Assembly (NCBI RefSeq): GCF_020745735.1
Contig: NC_083433.1
Location: forward strand, 12,907,363 to 12,971,362
Length of the DNA stretch: 64,000 bases
Reading direction: 5' to 3'
Source of the DNA: Hemiscyllium ocellatum
Taxonomy: Eukaryota
The notes under the pieces are model-generated. The model was not told the origin of the DNA. It did no database searches and saw nothing but the letters and a program-made list of their open reading frames with translations. A program made the position numbers and the translations under genes. Below are positions 44,270-57,262 of this stretch, piece after piece. The stretch's first letter is position 1, and every line of letters starts with the position of its first letter.

Positions 44270-45135
44270 TTGGGGTGGGAGGAGAGCCGGAAGGGGGATG
44301 GGGGGAAGAGCCAGAGGGGGCTGGGGGAGAGAGCCGGGGGGGCTGGGGGAGAGAGCCAGAAGGGGGTGGGGGGAGAGAGCCTGAGGTAGGTGGGTAGGGA
44401 GCCAGAGGGGAATGGGAGGGAGAGCCAGAGGGGGAGGAGGGCAGAGAGCTGGTGGTGAATGGGGAGTGGGGTGAGCTAGAGGAGGATGGAGGAGAGAGGG
44501 GAGTGGGGGAGGAGAACCAGAGGGGGAGGGGAGAGAGCCAGAGGGAGATGGCGGCAGAGAGCAGGAGATGAATTGAGGGGAGAGCAGGAGGGGAATGGAA
44601 GGGAGAGAACTGGAGGAGGATGTAGGGGGAGAGAGCTGGTGGGGGATGTAGGGGGAGAGCTGGAGGGGGATGTAGGGGGAGAGCTGGAGGGGGATGTAGG
44701 GGGAGAGCTGGAGGGGGAGAGCTGGAGGGGGATGGTGAGGGAAGTGCTGGAGGAAATTGATTGGACAGACCCAGAGGGGGATGGGGGTTTGGGGGGGAGA
44801 GCCAAAGAGGAGTAGGGGAGAGAGCTGGAGGGGAATTGAGGGGGAGGGGGTGAGAGTAGGAGGGGAATGGGAGAGAGAGCGTAAGGGGCTGGAGGGGAGA
44901 GAAGCAGAGGAGATGGAAGGGAGGAAGCCAGAGGTGATGGAAGGGAAGGGAATAAGGGGGAATGGGTCAGAGGAGAAGGGGGGAGAGAGTCAGAGGGGAA
45001 TGGAGGGGAGAGAGCCGGAGGGAAATGGGGGTGGGGGAAGAACCAAAAAAGAATGGAGGGAAGTGAGAGCCAGAGGTGGGTGAGAAGGTGGGCAGAGCTG
45101 GGGTGGGTACAGATGGGAGGAAGGGGGAGAGTGCC
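44270..45135. repeat. Polypurine (G/A-rich) low-complexity tract with gggagagagccagagggg and ggggagagctggagggggatgta subrepeats
   Basis: Visible directly. Produces spurious Pro/Ser- and Gly/Glu-rich ORFs. Confidence 0.92.
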
Positions 45136-45704
45136 TCTGAGCTCCTGGGCTCCCCTTGTTGCCCCTCCATCCACCCCTTTCGGATACTGGGCCCTCTCCC
45201 TCTCTCACTGACATCAGGGAGTTTCCACAACTCCACCCAATCCTGCAGCCTCTGCCCACCATTGCAGCCCAGTTACAAGCCACATGATCCCCTGCCCACG
45301 TGCACTATTACAGTGCTGTAAGGTCTATGGGATGACCTCACCATGCATTTCCGAAGGAGTGCGTATGTGTCACTGCCCCATAGTTGCTGGTGTCAGGAAA
45401 CACTGCCTTGTGTTTAAATACAGCTTGCCATACTAACTTGGTACAACACCTTTCAGGATTAGTGTCCTGAGACAAGCCAGTTGTCTCTCCAGTATTGCCA
45501 TGGATATGGTCCCCTGGAACAGGTACACATACAATTGCCTCCTGACTCTCTACAATAACATTGAACATGATTGCATGTGTTTGTGCGTGCAGTGTGAGTG
45601 CATGTATCGGGGAGCACATTTGTTTATGTGAGTGGCTCTCGGCTCTCGGCTGGGTTCAGACACAGCTTTCCTCGACATTTAGTCTGCTCTTACGCAGGCA
45701 ACAG

Positions 45705-46250
45705 GGTCTCCAGAGGTGTGTGACAGTCTCTCAACCCCACAGCTGCTTCGATGGGCACAGCGCAGTGGCACAGATAGACCGGGCGTGCATGAAGGATGTC
45801 ACAGGTAATGCCCTTCTCACCACCAGCCAAGCGATGTCTTGGTGCTTGTTGGAAAGTTCTGGTGATGAATCATTCTGCCAAATGGCTTTGACAGTCTGCT
45901 CAGGGAACAACCCGTCAGGATCCACCCTCTCCCTTTCCCACAGGATCTCGAGGACACTACATGCTGACCATTTCCTGACGGACTTGCAGTCAAAGGTGCT
46001 TTTCTTTACAAATTTCTCCACGAAGGACAGGTAATATGGAATGGTCCAACTACTCGGAGCGCTCCACAGCAATGAGGCCAGGCCCATCTTTCGTAACACC
46101 AGGGACAGGTAGAATATCAGTACATAGTGACACTTGGTGTTTGCGTCTCTGCACAGCTTGATGCACCCACACACAAAGATGGCCGTCAGGATGAGGTACG
46201 TGGACACAATCCATCTTTGACATGCAGACGATGTGGGAGATGATTCGGGT
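45705..46250 (-). mobile_element. Tx1-like LINE segment (inverted 5' part)
   Basis: Peptide ...IFVCGCIKLC...NDSSPELSNKHQDIAWLVVRRALPV on the minus strand. Confidence 0.85.
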
Positions 46251-46252
46251 GA

Positions 46253-46797
46253 CAGAACAAAGAACAAAAATCAAAGAAAATTACAGCACAGGGACAGGCC
46301 GTTCGGCCATTCAAGCCTGCGCCAATCCAAATCCTCCACCTAAATCTGTTGCTTATTTTCTAAGCACCTGTATCCCTTTGCTCCTTGCCTGTTCATGTAT
46401 CTGTCTAGATACATCTTAAATGACGCTATGGTACCCAACCCTACCACCTCTGCTGGCAACACGTTCCAGGCACCCACCACCCTCTACGTGAAGAATTTTG
46501 CACACATATCTCCCTAACCTCACCTTGAACTCATGACCCCTAGTTATTGATTGCCCCCACTCTGGGAAAAAAGCTTCTTGCTATCCACCCTGTCATTACC
46601 TGTCATGATTTTGTAGACCTCAATCAGGTCTCCCCTCAATCTCCGTCTTTCTAATGAAAATAATTCCAATCTACTCAACCTTTCCTCATAGCTAGCACAC
46701 TCCATACCAGGCAACATCCTGGTGAACCTCCTGTACACCCTCTCCAAAGCATCCTCTCCTTTTGGTAATGTGGCAACCAGAACTGTACGCAATATTC
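46253..46797 (-). mobile_element. CR1-type LINE 3' fragment
   Basis: LEYCVQFW, ALERVYRRFTRMLPGM and RRRLRGDLIEVYKIM peptides. (agaacaa)n tail at the left end. Confidence 0.9.
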
Positions 46798-47700
46798 TAG
46801 TAGGTGATGCAGTGTTGAAGTTTGTCCCGTGCAGCTCCATGATGTGGGACTCTGTGCTCTATGCTCTGTTCCCCGGGACACACGCCGAGACAAACATCAA
46901 CTGCGCCTGGAGGATCATCAACCCGGGGAAAGACGCTCTTTGGTCTGTCCAAGACTTGTTGGTCTTCCAGAGCAAGAGGTTGACTTTGACCGAGTCTTAC
47001 AGACTGGCACATTCCAAGGTCCATGACTATGTGCTGAGGGATGCTCTAAAGCTTGGGGCAGCTGCCGCCAAGGCACAGTGGGGAAAGACCATTGTCTGAG
47101 ACCTTTCTGATTAAATTAAATGGGGATCCGTGCAATTATCAGACCTTCTGAAGGCTCCAATGTACGTAAATATAGGCGAAAGTGGGTCCCGCAGATGCTG
47201 GAGGTTTGAGTCAAGATTAGAGTAGTGCTGGAAAAGCACAGCAGGTCAGGCAGCATCCGAGGAGCAGGAAAACTAACGTTTCGGGCAAAAGCCCTTCATC
47301 ATTCCTGAAATGTCAATTTTCCTGCTCCTCGGATGCTGCCTGAACTGCTGTGCTTTTCCAGCACCACTCTAATCTTGACTATATGTAAATACAGTCTTGT
47401 ATAAGTAAGAAATCTTTGGTTTGTTTGTTGGATAGAATCAAATTCCAAGATATGTTTGTTTCTTCATATGCTACAGTACAGAACCAAATTGCTTCAGAGA
47501 CGATGTATGCCTGAGAACGTAGGTAGATAGTGCCCTGCATGAGTAAAAAATGCCTTTGGTTTTTTGCAACTGCAGGGAATGTCAGATTCCAATATTGGTT
47601 TTTCTTAATACACCAAGATTGTACAGAACTGCTTTAGTTCCTGTGATTGTCACTAAAGATGTTGTTTTATGAATAAAAAGCATATTCTTGCAATAAAACG
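46798..47700 (+). mobile_element. Tx1-like LINE 3' part and 3' UTR
   Basis: DSVLYALFPGTH...RDALKLGAAAAKAQWGKTIV*. The UTR matches the reverse complement of 1384..1585. aataaa at the end. Confidence 0.85.
47178..47380. mobile_element. Fold-back Penelope terminal-repeat element (hammerhead core disrupted)
   Basis: Inverted arms agtcaagattagagt-gtgctggaaaagcacagcag...ctgctgtgcttttccagcaccactctaatcttgact. Confidence 0.8.
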
Positions 47701-48746
47701 AAACAGAGATTATTCAGGCAAGGAGTTGAGAGATTAAAAATACGTGGGAAAAAGAGTCTGATCTTTGGGAAGGTTTGAGCAAAGATAACAGAGAGGAATA
47801 CTGTGAGTTCAGTTCAGTGCACCAAATGTCATCCCCAAACTGGAAAAGAAATTAGTGACATCAATTAAATTTGCCCCCTTACGATCCGGGATCTCATGTT
47901 GAAGATATGCTTCCTCATCAATCTATATTCGCATGAGTCTCTGACGCACTTCCAAAGTTATACAGAAAGTGAGTCCAAAAGTAGGAAGTTAAGGCCAAAG
48001 TGACTGAATTCCCTACTTACGGGGCTTCTGAGGTTGAGCTTGTCAAATGAGCTGTCTCACAGAAAAGGAAAATGAACAGCGAGGAGCTGCTTCCTGTCCA
48101 AAAGGGCTGTTTGCAAATAGAATATGACCTCAAGGTCTGTGCAGCTGTGTCCAATACTGAGCAGAGCTGTCAGATGTGTGGTTAATGAGGTTGATGGGGG
48201 TGAGCTGCTCTTTCTCAGCGCACAGCTCAGGGGAAGTGCTGCATCTTCCGTTCACTTTCTGACAGTAAACGTCCTAACTCAGGGCTGTGCACGACGTTTG
48301 GCCCAATGACACACTCACATCTCACGCCAAGACCCCGGGGGTAGAATAGTCTATGGTTGTATCATTCCGGTTTTACTTGTGGGCTGCTGCAACAATTACT
48401 GCTTGAGTTTACATAGCACCTTGAATGTGACCAACCGGCCCTTCAGGGGGGATGATGCATTGCGATCAGTAATGATATATTATGGAAATTTGGGTCGAAG
48501 AGATAGAGGAGAGAGTGAGGTGGAGGAGCTTAAGATAAGAGTTTTGAAGATCAGGGCTGAGATGTGGGTGTGTGCAAGAGGGCAGAACTGGAGGAAAGGA
48601 AAGTGCATTGATCAATCATGTCATATCATCCAACTTATTCATTCATAGGATGTGGCCGTCAGGAAGCATCTGGATAGAATACTTTCAATGGTGCATCTAT
48701 AAAAGTGGGCTACCCGTCCATCGAGAAAGTGCTGGTGAGCTGCTTT

Positions 48747-49029
48747 CATAGAATCATAGACTCCCCACAGTGTTGAAGCAGGCCATTCAACCCGTCAAGT
48801 CTGCACTGACCCTCTGAAGAGCATCCCACCCAGACCCACCTCCTACCCTATCCTAATCATGTAACCCTGCATTTCCCATGGCCAATCCACCTAATCTGCA
48901 CACCTTTGGACTGTGGGAAGAAACCGGAGAGACAGAAGAAATGTACAAAGACAGTCGCCCGAGGATGGAATTGAACCATGGGTCGCTGTGAGGCAGCAGT
49001 GCTAACCAACGAGTCAATGTGCCGCCCAC
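48747..49029 (-). mobile_element. HE1/V-SINE
   Basis: ctgtgaggcagcagtgctaacca head and catagaatcataga tail. Confidence 0.85.
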
Positions 49030-49301
49030 ATTATTATTTTTCTGAGGGGAGATGAAGATATACTTAGTCACAGAGCATGTTCAAGACAAGGATTGGTAGA
49101 TTTATGGATATTAAAGATATTGAAAGAGAGGCGGATAGGCCAGAAAAATGTGCTATGGACATGGAAGATCAGCCACGATTTAGTTAAAAGTTAGAACTGA
49201 CTCGAGGAGCCGAATGGCCTGCCTTTGCTGAGTGTTTTTCCAAGCTCCAGTGTGAAGGGTACCCACAGACAGGTTCAGGAGAAGCTGGCTACTGTTGTTA
49301 T

Positions 49302-49400
49302 TAGAGTCAAAACGTGTGGTGCTGGAAGAGTACAGCCGGTCAGGCAGCATCCAAGGAGCAGGAGAGTCGACATTATGAGCATAAGCTCTTCATCAGGAAT
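49302..49400 (-). mobile_element. Degenerate Penelope terminal-repeat fragment
   Basis: ggtcaggcagcatccaaggagcagg...cataagctcttcatcaggaat. The GAAA side of the core is mutated. Confidence 0.72.
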
Positions 49401-49508
49401 GTGTTATTACTGGTTGTTGTTATACATTGTGTTATTAGTAAAGCAGGCAGCCTCTGTGGAGAGGAAGCAGACTGGTATAACTCACCTTCATAACTTTCAC
49501 ATTTGTAC

Positions 49509-49820
49509 GCACGGTGGCACAGTGGTTAGCACTGCTGCCTCACAGCGCCTGAGACCCGGGTTCAATTCCCGACTCAGGCGACTGACTGTGTGGAGTTTGC
49601 ACGTTCTCCCCGTGTCTGCGTGGGTTTCCTCCGGGTGCTCCGGTTTCCTCCCACTGTCACAAAGATGTGCGGGTCAGGTGAATTGGCCATGCTAAATTGC
49701 CCGTAGTGTTAGGTAAGGGGTAAATGTAGGGGTATGGGTGGGTTGCGCTTCGGCGGGTCGGTGTAGACTTGTTGGGCCGAAGGGCCTGTTTCCACACTGT
49801 AAGTCTAATCTAATCTAATC
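49509..49820 (+). mobile_element. Full-length young HE1/V-SINE
   Basis: GCACGGTGGCACAGTGGTTAGCACTGCTGCCTCACAGCGCC...GGGTTCAATTCCC, CpGs retained, (TCTAA)3 tail. Confidence 0.93.
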
Positions 49821-49949
49821 AACAACGGATACCAATTATAATTCCCAATTCCATCAGTGCATTTTGGAGCTACGTTCTACAAAGGGGGCATAGGAATAGA
49901 GAGAGGCAATAACTTGAGGGCAGTGTGGGATAAGCTCAGGAGTCCATGA

Positions 49950-50512
49950 TTTGATTTTAATTTTTTTGATTTGATTTATTATCATCACATAACCTAGATC
50001 CAGTGAAAAGTTTTGCTTTGGGTGTTCATAGGCAGATCATACCATACAAAGGTGATAGGATGATGGAACAGAGCAAGAGCTATAAAGTTACTGCTGCGAT
50101 GAAGGTGTATAAAAAGCAAGATCCACATTAGATTTGAAATTTGAGAGGGCCATTCAGAATTGAATAACAGAGGGGAAGAAGCTGTTCTTCAATCTGTTGG
50201 TATTTGTGTTTAAACTTGTATCTTCTACCCAACAGAAGAGGTGGGAGGGTTTTTTGATGATGTTAACTGTCTGTTAACTGCGAGACAGTTAACTGTCTGT
50301 TAACTGCGAGAAGTTGTAGATGGAGCTAATGGATGAGAAGATTGGTTTGTGTGATGGTCTGGGCTATATTCACAACTCTCTCAAGTTCTTACAGTCCTGG
50401 GCAGAGCAGTTGCTGTACCAGGCTGTGATGCATCCAGATAGAATGCTTCCAATGGTGCATCTGTAAAAGTTGGTGAGGGTCCTCATGGGCATCCTGAGTT
50501 TCCTTAGCAGGA
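49950..50512 (-). mobile_element. Rex1/Babar-type LINE 3' fragment
   Basis: Peptide FLLRKL...LTNFYRCTIGSILSGCITAWYSNCSAQD is characteristic of the Rex1 RT C-terminus. Confidence 0.78.
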
Positions 50513-51051
50513 ATTGAACCTGTTTTGTTGGCTTTAATGTGCACCACTCCCTAGTCATCTAAGCTAACTGTTCTCCTATGCTTTGGAGTGAGGTATCACA
50601 AAGGACATCCTTATCCCTTAAATAGCTTGTAAATTGATTACCTTCCAGATTAACATTAATCTGGAGGATGGAACCGTAGAAAGAACATGCATTTTTTTCA
50701 AGGAAGAATTGGTATGTCCGTCCTTCAATTGATGCAACTATAACCCCCTATATCTTGTACTCCATGTGTTTCCTGTCCACAGAACCTTTCTTTAAGTTAT
50801 CAGGGTTTCTGTTACATTTTACGTCAACTCTGACTTTATAATTCCCTATCTCCATATTAATTGATTTTCCATGGATTTCCCTTTTGTTAATTAGACTGTC
50901 TACAAACAATACATTTCAAATCCATTTAGAACTGATTTCCATTAGACTTGGTGCACAGATTAATATGTGGCCCAAGGAAGAAGTAATTAATTTTTCAGCA
51001 AGTTGCAGATTTGGATCAAGATCGTGGAATTGTTTTCAGTTGTAAACATTA

Positions 51052-51360
51052 TGGGTGGCACGGTGGCTCAGTGGTTAGCACTGCTGCCTCACAGTACCCA
51101 GGACCTGGGCTTGATTCCTGCCTCAGGCGACTACCTGTGTGGAGTTTGCACGTTCTCCCTGTGTCTGCATGGGTTTCCTCGCACAATCCAAAGATGTGCA
51201 GGTCAGGTGAATTGGACATGCTAAATTGCCCATAGTGTTAGGTGCATTAGTCAGGAGTAAAAATAGGATTGGGGAATAGGTCTAGGTGGGTCACTCTTTG
51301 GAGGGTCAGTGTGGACTGTTGGGTTAAAGGGCCTGTTTTCATACTGTAGGGAATCTAATC
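51052..51360 (+). mobile_element. HE1/V-SINE
   Basis: gggtggcacggtggctcagtggttagcactgctgcctcacag...gtagggaatctaatc. Confidence 0.9.
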
Positions 51361-52777
51361 GGGGATGGGGCAGGTTAGGTTTTCTGTTAGAATGCTATGT
51401 CAATGTGATCCAATTCCTTATCTGCTGTGATGATATTTGTCATTGCTGTCAAAATGTGAGCAGAGGCTTCAGAGCAGGATGTTGGATGTTGCTTGGCCAA
51501 AAGCTTTCTCAGTGAGATGGAAGAACATCTCAGCTTTATGGTTTCCCAGGATTAACTGGATATGTGATAGTCTGAGGGAAGAGCTCAGTACCTAATATTT
51601 GCAATAGTTAACAGAATGCTGGAGGTATGGACTTCAGTGTGGTTTAACTCCAGCCTCATGTGCAAGCGTTTTCTTGTGACCCTCACTTTGAAGATGTTGG
51701 ATGGGTAGAATTTTGGACAATCTCCATGCCATCTCCCTTGTGGGGGAAGAGAGTCTGCAAAAAATTCAGATCATCTGTGACTGAAATATGTCAGGAACAG
51801 AGGAAGCCATTTGGATTTTTTTTCTCTGAAACGCAGTTCCTGAAATCTCTTCAGTTTCCTCTTTCCTTGAAGCTCCAGTTTTCTTAGATACCGTAATTCT
51901 TTTAATAAATGTGCCAAATGTAATCTGAGCACTCAGGTCTCTCTCTCCGAATTGTTCTACCAGATTTGATCCTGATCTGATAAGGGGGTACCACTGATGC
52001 CCGATTCCTTTACTGAGATTGTATCTCAGGTTTCTGTAACTGATGAGGATGGTGAGGCCAGGGGAAGGCTGTCTCTCTTTTGCATTGGCTCCAAGTGAGA
52101 AAGACAGAGCACGGTATGGGAAAAGAAGATCCATTTGATATCCTTTCACATGAAGAAGGTGTAAGTGCACTGTCATTATCACTTGATTCTGGTTGACCAG
52201 TAAACCCCACTGCTCTTCCTGCTGACTCTTGGTGGGTTGGAAGGCTTCCATTGACAAACAAGCCATTGAGGTGACGTATAACAAGCCTTCCATGCCCATG
52301 AAGGTCTATAGTGGGTCTTGAAGCCACAGTTTCTGACTCTGAAGTAGGAATGCTCCCCATTGTGCCACAAGATCTACTGCAAAGAGGTCCTGGAGCCCAG
52401 TGATGGGTGTGTTATAGACCAGATCACACCCCCTTCAAATATATCCAGGAGATAGCCTAGACCCCCACTTTTAAAGGCAAGTGTAAGATGTAATTCGATT
52501 TTAATACTTGGCTTTAAGCAAAGCATGCTTTATTCTTACCCTACAGTTAAAATACAAATAAAAGAAAGAAGAATAGGTCTTTATTTCTATTGGAAAACTT
52601 GGATTATTTTAACTACCAAACGTAACTATTCTAATCCAGTAACATCCCTTGAACACACCTTTGGCAAAGACAAAGTCAGTAAAAACAGATTGGCTCACAT
52701 GCGATTCTGGCAGCAGAGAGAGAGAGAACCCCAGCTTTGAGCCGTAACAGCAAGACAGAGACAGAGAGAGAGAGAGA

Positions 52778-53065
52778 GATTCCCTGCAGTGTGGAAACAT
52801 GCCCTTTGGCCCAACAAGTCCACACCAACCCTCCGAAGAGTAACCCACCCAGACTCATTTCTCCATGACTAATGCACCTAACACTATGAGCAATTTAGCA
52901 TGGCCAATTCATCTGACCTGCACATCCTTTGGAATGTGAGAGGAAACCGGAGCAAACCCACACAAACATGGGGAGAATGTGCAAACTCCACACAATCAGC
53001 CAAGGTGGGAATCGAACACAGGTCCCTTGCGTTGTGAGACACCAGTGCTAGCCCTGTGTCACCCA
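52778..53065 (-). mobile_element. HE1/V-SINE flanked by (GA)n microsatellites
   Basis: gattccctgcagtgtggaaaca...gcaaactccacac...cagtgcta. Confidence 0.85.
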
Positions 53066-53094
53066 GACAGAGAGAGAGAGAGAGAGAGAGAGAA

Positions 53095-53960
53095 AGAAAC
53101 AGCACAGAACCAGACCTTTTGGTCCAACTTGTCCATGCTGACCAGATATCTGAAGTTAATCTAGTCCCATTTGGCCTTCAACCTCTTCTTATTCATGTTC
53201 CCATCCAGATGCCTTTTAAATGCTGTAATTGTACCAGCCTCCACCACTTCCTCTGGCAGCTCATTCCATACATGCACCACCTTCTGCGTGAAAATGTTGC
53301 CCCTAACGTCTCTTTTAAATTTTTCCCCTCTCACCCTAAACCTATGCCCTCTAGTTCTGGACTCCCCCACCCCAGGGGAAAAGACCTTGTCTATTTATCC
53401 TATTCATGCCTCTCATGATTTTATAAACCTCTATAAGGTCACCACTCAGCCTCCGATGCTCCAGGGAAAACAGCCCCAGCCTATTTGGCCTTTCCCTATA
53501 GCTCAAGCCCTCCAATTCTGGTAACATCCTTATAAATCCTTTCTGAACTCTTTCAAGTTTCACAACATCCTTCCTATAGTAGGGAGGCCAGAACTGTATG
53601 CAGCATTCCAAAAGTGGACTCACCAATGCCCTGTAACATGACGCCCAACTCCTATACCCAATGCACTGACCAAAAAGGGTAAGCATGGCAAATGCCTTCT
53701 TCACCGCCCTGTCTACCCGCAGCTCCACTTTCAAGCAACTATGAACCTACACCCCTAGGTCTCTTTATTTAGCGACACTTCCTCAGGCCCAACCATCAAC
53801 TGTATAAGTCCTGCCTGATTTGTCTTATCAAAGTGTAGCACCTCACATTTATCTAAATTAAACGCCATCTGGCACATCTCGACCCATTGACCAATCTGAT
53901 CAAGGTCCCATTGAACCCTGAGATAACCTTCTTCGCCGTCTGCTACACCATCTATTTTGC
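53095..53960 (-). mobile_element. CR1-type LINE 3' fragment
   Basis: CIQFWPPYYRKDVVKLERVQ and GESRTRGHRFRVRGEKF peptides. Confidence 0.9.
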
Positions 53961-54211
53961 CTTGATGGGCTGAACGTCCTCTTTTGGCACTGTAGGAATT
54001 TTATGATTCTAAGCCATCAAAGGCTGCATCAGCCTTGTTTGAGCTGCAACTTTGAGGGTCTGGGGTGTATTAAGATTTGGATATCAGAGGTCTATTTTAA
54101 GACCTGGTGCCCTGGGTGATGGGAAAGTCTAATTATTTGTAGACAAAGGCAGCAATGTGTCCCATTCACAGCCCACACATTAGATAATGCTATACCCTAG
54201 TTGTGAGAGGA

Positions 54212-54612
54212 TGGAAGGAACATTACATTTATATAGCACCTTGCACAACCTCAGGATGTTCCAAAGCTCTTTCGAGCCAAAGAAACAGTTTTCAAAGAGT
54301 AGACACTGCTGTAATGCAGGAAACACCACAGCCAATACGTACGCAGCAAGTTCCCACAAACCTCACTGGACTAAGCAACCGTCTCTTCAGGCATTATACT
54401 TTAGGTGTTGATTGAAGGAGATTTCCCCTAACTTGAGAGGGCAAATGGGACCTCAGTTTCAGTCTGTTCTGGTTCTGAAAGCAGGTATCTCCCCTCAGTG
54501 CAGCAATCCCTCAACACTGAACAGCAGCGTTCCAGTCTCTGGGATGAGGTCTGAACCCGCAGCCTTTCAACGGAGAGGTGAGGCGCTGATCTGAGACTGT
54601 GTCGTGGCTGAA
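54212..54612 (-). mobile_element. Ancient SINE, possibly DeuSINE/SacSINE-like
   Basis: catttatatagcacctt...cagtgcagca.tccctca.cactg...tgaaccc.cagccttt...agaggtgag pattern, recognised from memory only. Confidence 0.5.
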
Positions 54613-55045
54613 TGAGACTTTTACATTTAATTCAAACAGGGTTTCAGAAGAAAGAAGGTCTTTGCATTTGTGTCACATCACTCACCTACCTATTGGATCA
54701 TTTTGTAGCCGTCGTTATTAGAAATGCAAACACATCAGGTTGATAATGTCAATAAGGCTGGTCTATTTCATAAGTAGATATGTTGGGTTTTCCCCATGGG
54801 TTTCTTGGTAATACAATGACATGTGCAGGTGTAAAGCTCAATGATAAATCAGGATTTCAAACAGGTTAGACTCAGCGGAAAGTCTATATCCTGCAGATTT
54901 GTCTCACTGTATTGTTCATCTTTTTAACATTCTATTGATTCATAACAAAATAAAAAAGGAACTGTAACCCTGATGAAAACCTTAGGGGATTTTTATGCAG
55001 TGTATTAATTTTTATCACTTTTCCTGATCTAGTAAAATTGTATTT

Positions 55046-55505
55046 ATAGAATCATAGAGTCATAGAGATGTACTGCACAGAAACAAACGCTTCAGTTCAA
55101 CTTGTCCACGTCGACCAGACATCCCAACCCAATCTAGTCCCACCTGCCAGCACCCAGCCCATATCCTCCCCCATACCCTTCCTATTCATATACCCTTCCA
55201 GCTGCCTTTTAAATGCTGTAATTGTACCAGCCTCCACCACTTCCTCTGGCAGCTCTTTCCATGCATACACCAACCTTTGCGTGAAAAAGTTGCCCCTTAG
55301 GTCCCTTTTAAATCTTTCCCCTCTCACCTTGAACCTATGCCCCTCTAGTTCTGGGCTCCCCCACCTCCTTCCTCAGACTAGGTGACCAAGGCTGCACACT
55401 GTACTCAAGGTGCGGCCTCACGAAGGCCCTGTACAACTGCAGCAAGACATCCCTACTCTGATACGCAAAACCCCTCACTATGGAGACCAGCATGCCATTA
55501 GCTTT
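55046..55505 (-). mobile_element. CR1-type LINE fragments
   Basis: RGERFKRDLRGNFFTQR and LYRAFVRPHLEYSVQ peptides with a (catagagt)n tail. Confidence 0.88.
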
Positions 55506-56179
55506 GCTGAAATTTTGTTGTTTCACAGATACTGCCTCTGTTTGAAGTACTCTGTGTTGCCCTGTTATGTGCCCCTATTGAGTACCTTATGCAGTAAATA
55601 GGTTCTATTCCTCTTCTGAGGTAGTCATTCTTCTCTCTCAAGATCTGTCCATGAGTTTTCCTAGTTTCTGCAATTTAAACAGCACAATTTGAACAGCTTC
55701 CTCCAAACAGAAATCTTCCTTCTTTCTGTAAGAAATCTAACACAGATCCTTCAATGACTCCAACCACACTTCTTTCCCTCATGAATTCTAACTTCAAAGC
55801 TCCATTTCCACTTACCTGTAGGGATCATAAATGAAATTATATATGGATATCCTTGGAAGCTGAACTCTTCTGTCTTGTCTTGGTCATACGAGAATTTTAT
55901 TTGCTCTCGGTTTGAATCAACCATCAGAAGTATTTTGTACGTTCTTTTTTATTCTGATGATTCATAACATCATCCAGTATAGGACTCAGTGAATACAATA
56001 ATGTAATAATCCGCTCAGCTCAGACTTAGTGTTTAATTTTAAAGTAATTCAGGTTTTGTGAAGGGGAGATGGTGATGTTACTAGATTTGTAATGCCTTTG
56101 CTGGGCATGGGTCCAAATTTCAATAACGCAGCTGGTGGCATGGCAGGGCCAGGGGTCAGTTATCTCAGTTGGTTAAGTC

Positions 56180-57065
56180 ATTAGATAATAAGCTATAGAA
56201 GCAAAATTAGGCCATTCGGTCCGTCGAGTCTATTGCACCATTCGATCATGACTGATATGTTTCTCAACCCCATTCTCCTGCCCTCTCCCTGTAGCCCTTG
56301 ATCCCCTTGATAATCAAGAACCTTTCTATCTCTGTCTCAAATACACTCAATGACTTGGCCTCCACAGCTCTCTGCAGCAATGGGTTCCACAGATTCACCA
56401 CCCTCTGGCTGAAGAAATTCTAAGGAAGTTCTAAAAGGTCATGCCTTCACTTTAAGGCTGTGCCTTCAGGTCTTAGCCTCTCCTACATCTTCTCCACTCT
56501 ATCCAGGCCTCTCAGTATTCTGTATGTTTCAACGAGGTCCCTCCTTATCCTTCTAAACTCCATCGAGTACAGACCTAGAGTCCTCACACGATAAGCCCTT
56601 CATCCCCAGGGACATTCTTGTAAACCTCCATTGGATCCCCTCCAAGGTCAGCGCATCCTTCCTTAGATATGGGGCTCAAAACTGCTCACAATATTCCAAA
56701 TGTGGTCTGACCAGACCCATATGCAGCCTCAGCAGTACATCTCTTCTCTTGTATTCTAACCCTCTTGGAATGAAAGCATTTGCCTTCCTAACTGCCAACT
56801 GAACCTGCATGTTAACCTGAAGAGAATCCTGAACTAGGACGCTCAAATCTCTTAGAGTTTCAGATTTCTGAAGCTTCTTCCTATTTTGAAAATAGTCTAT
56901 GTCTTTATTCTTCCTATCATAGTGCATAAATGCATACTTTCCCACCTTCAGTTCCAACTACCACTTCTTTGACACCCTCCCAGACTGTCCAAGTCCTTCT
57001 GTAGCCTCCCCACTCCCTCAACACTACCTGCCCCTCCACCTATCATCAGTTGTGTCATCTGTATA
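56180..57065 (-). mobile_element. CR1-type LINE 3' fragment
   Basis: RDLSVLVQDSL...RGLEYK.RDVLLRL...LVRPHLEYCEQF. Confidence 0.88.
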
Positions 57066-57262
57066 ACTTACTGGCTGGCTGGTTTTTGATGTGCACTGAT
57101 GCTAACAGCCTGGGTTCAATTTCACACTGGCTATGGTTACCTTGAAGGACTCTCTTTCTCAACGTCTCCCTCCCACACTACCCCACCCCACCCCCAACTC
57201 TGCATCTGAAACATAGTGACACTCCTCTTTCTTTAATGAGAGTTTTGAACTACGATAATTTT

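Noticed and set aside
44476-45283. Pro/Ser-rich and Gly/Glu-rich ORFs
   Set aside because: Translations of a low-complexity purine tract.
49509-49580. tRNA gene
   Set aside because: tRNA-derived SINE head that continues into the SINE body and tail.
52405-52760. Possible LTR fragment (similar impression at ~43740..44110)
   Set aside because: No second LTR, PBS/PPT or TSD is identifiable, so it cannot be supported without a repeat library.
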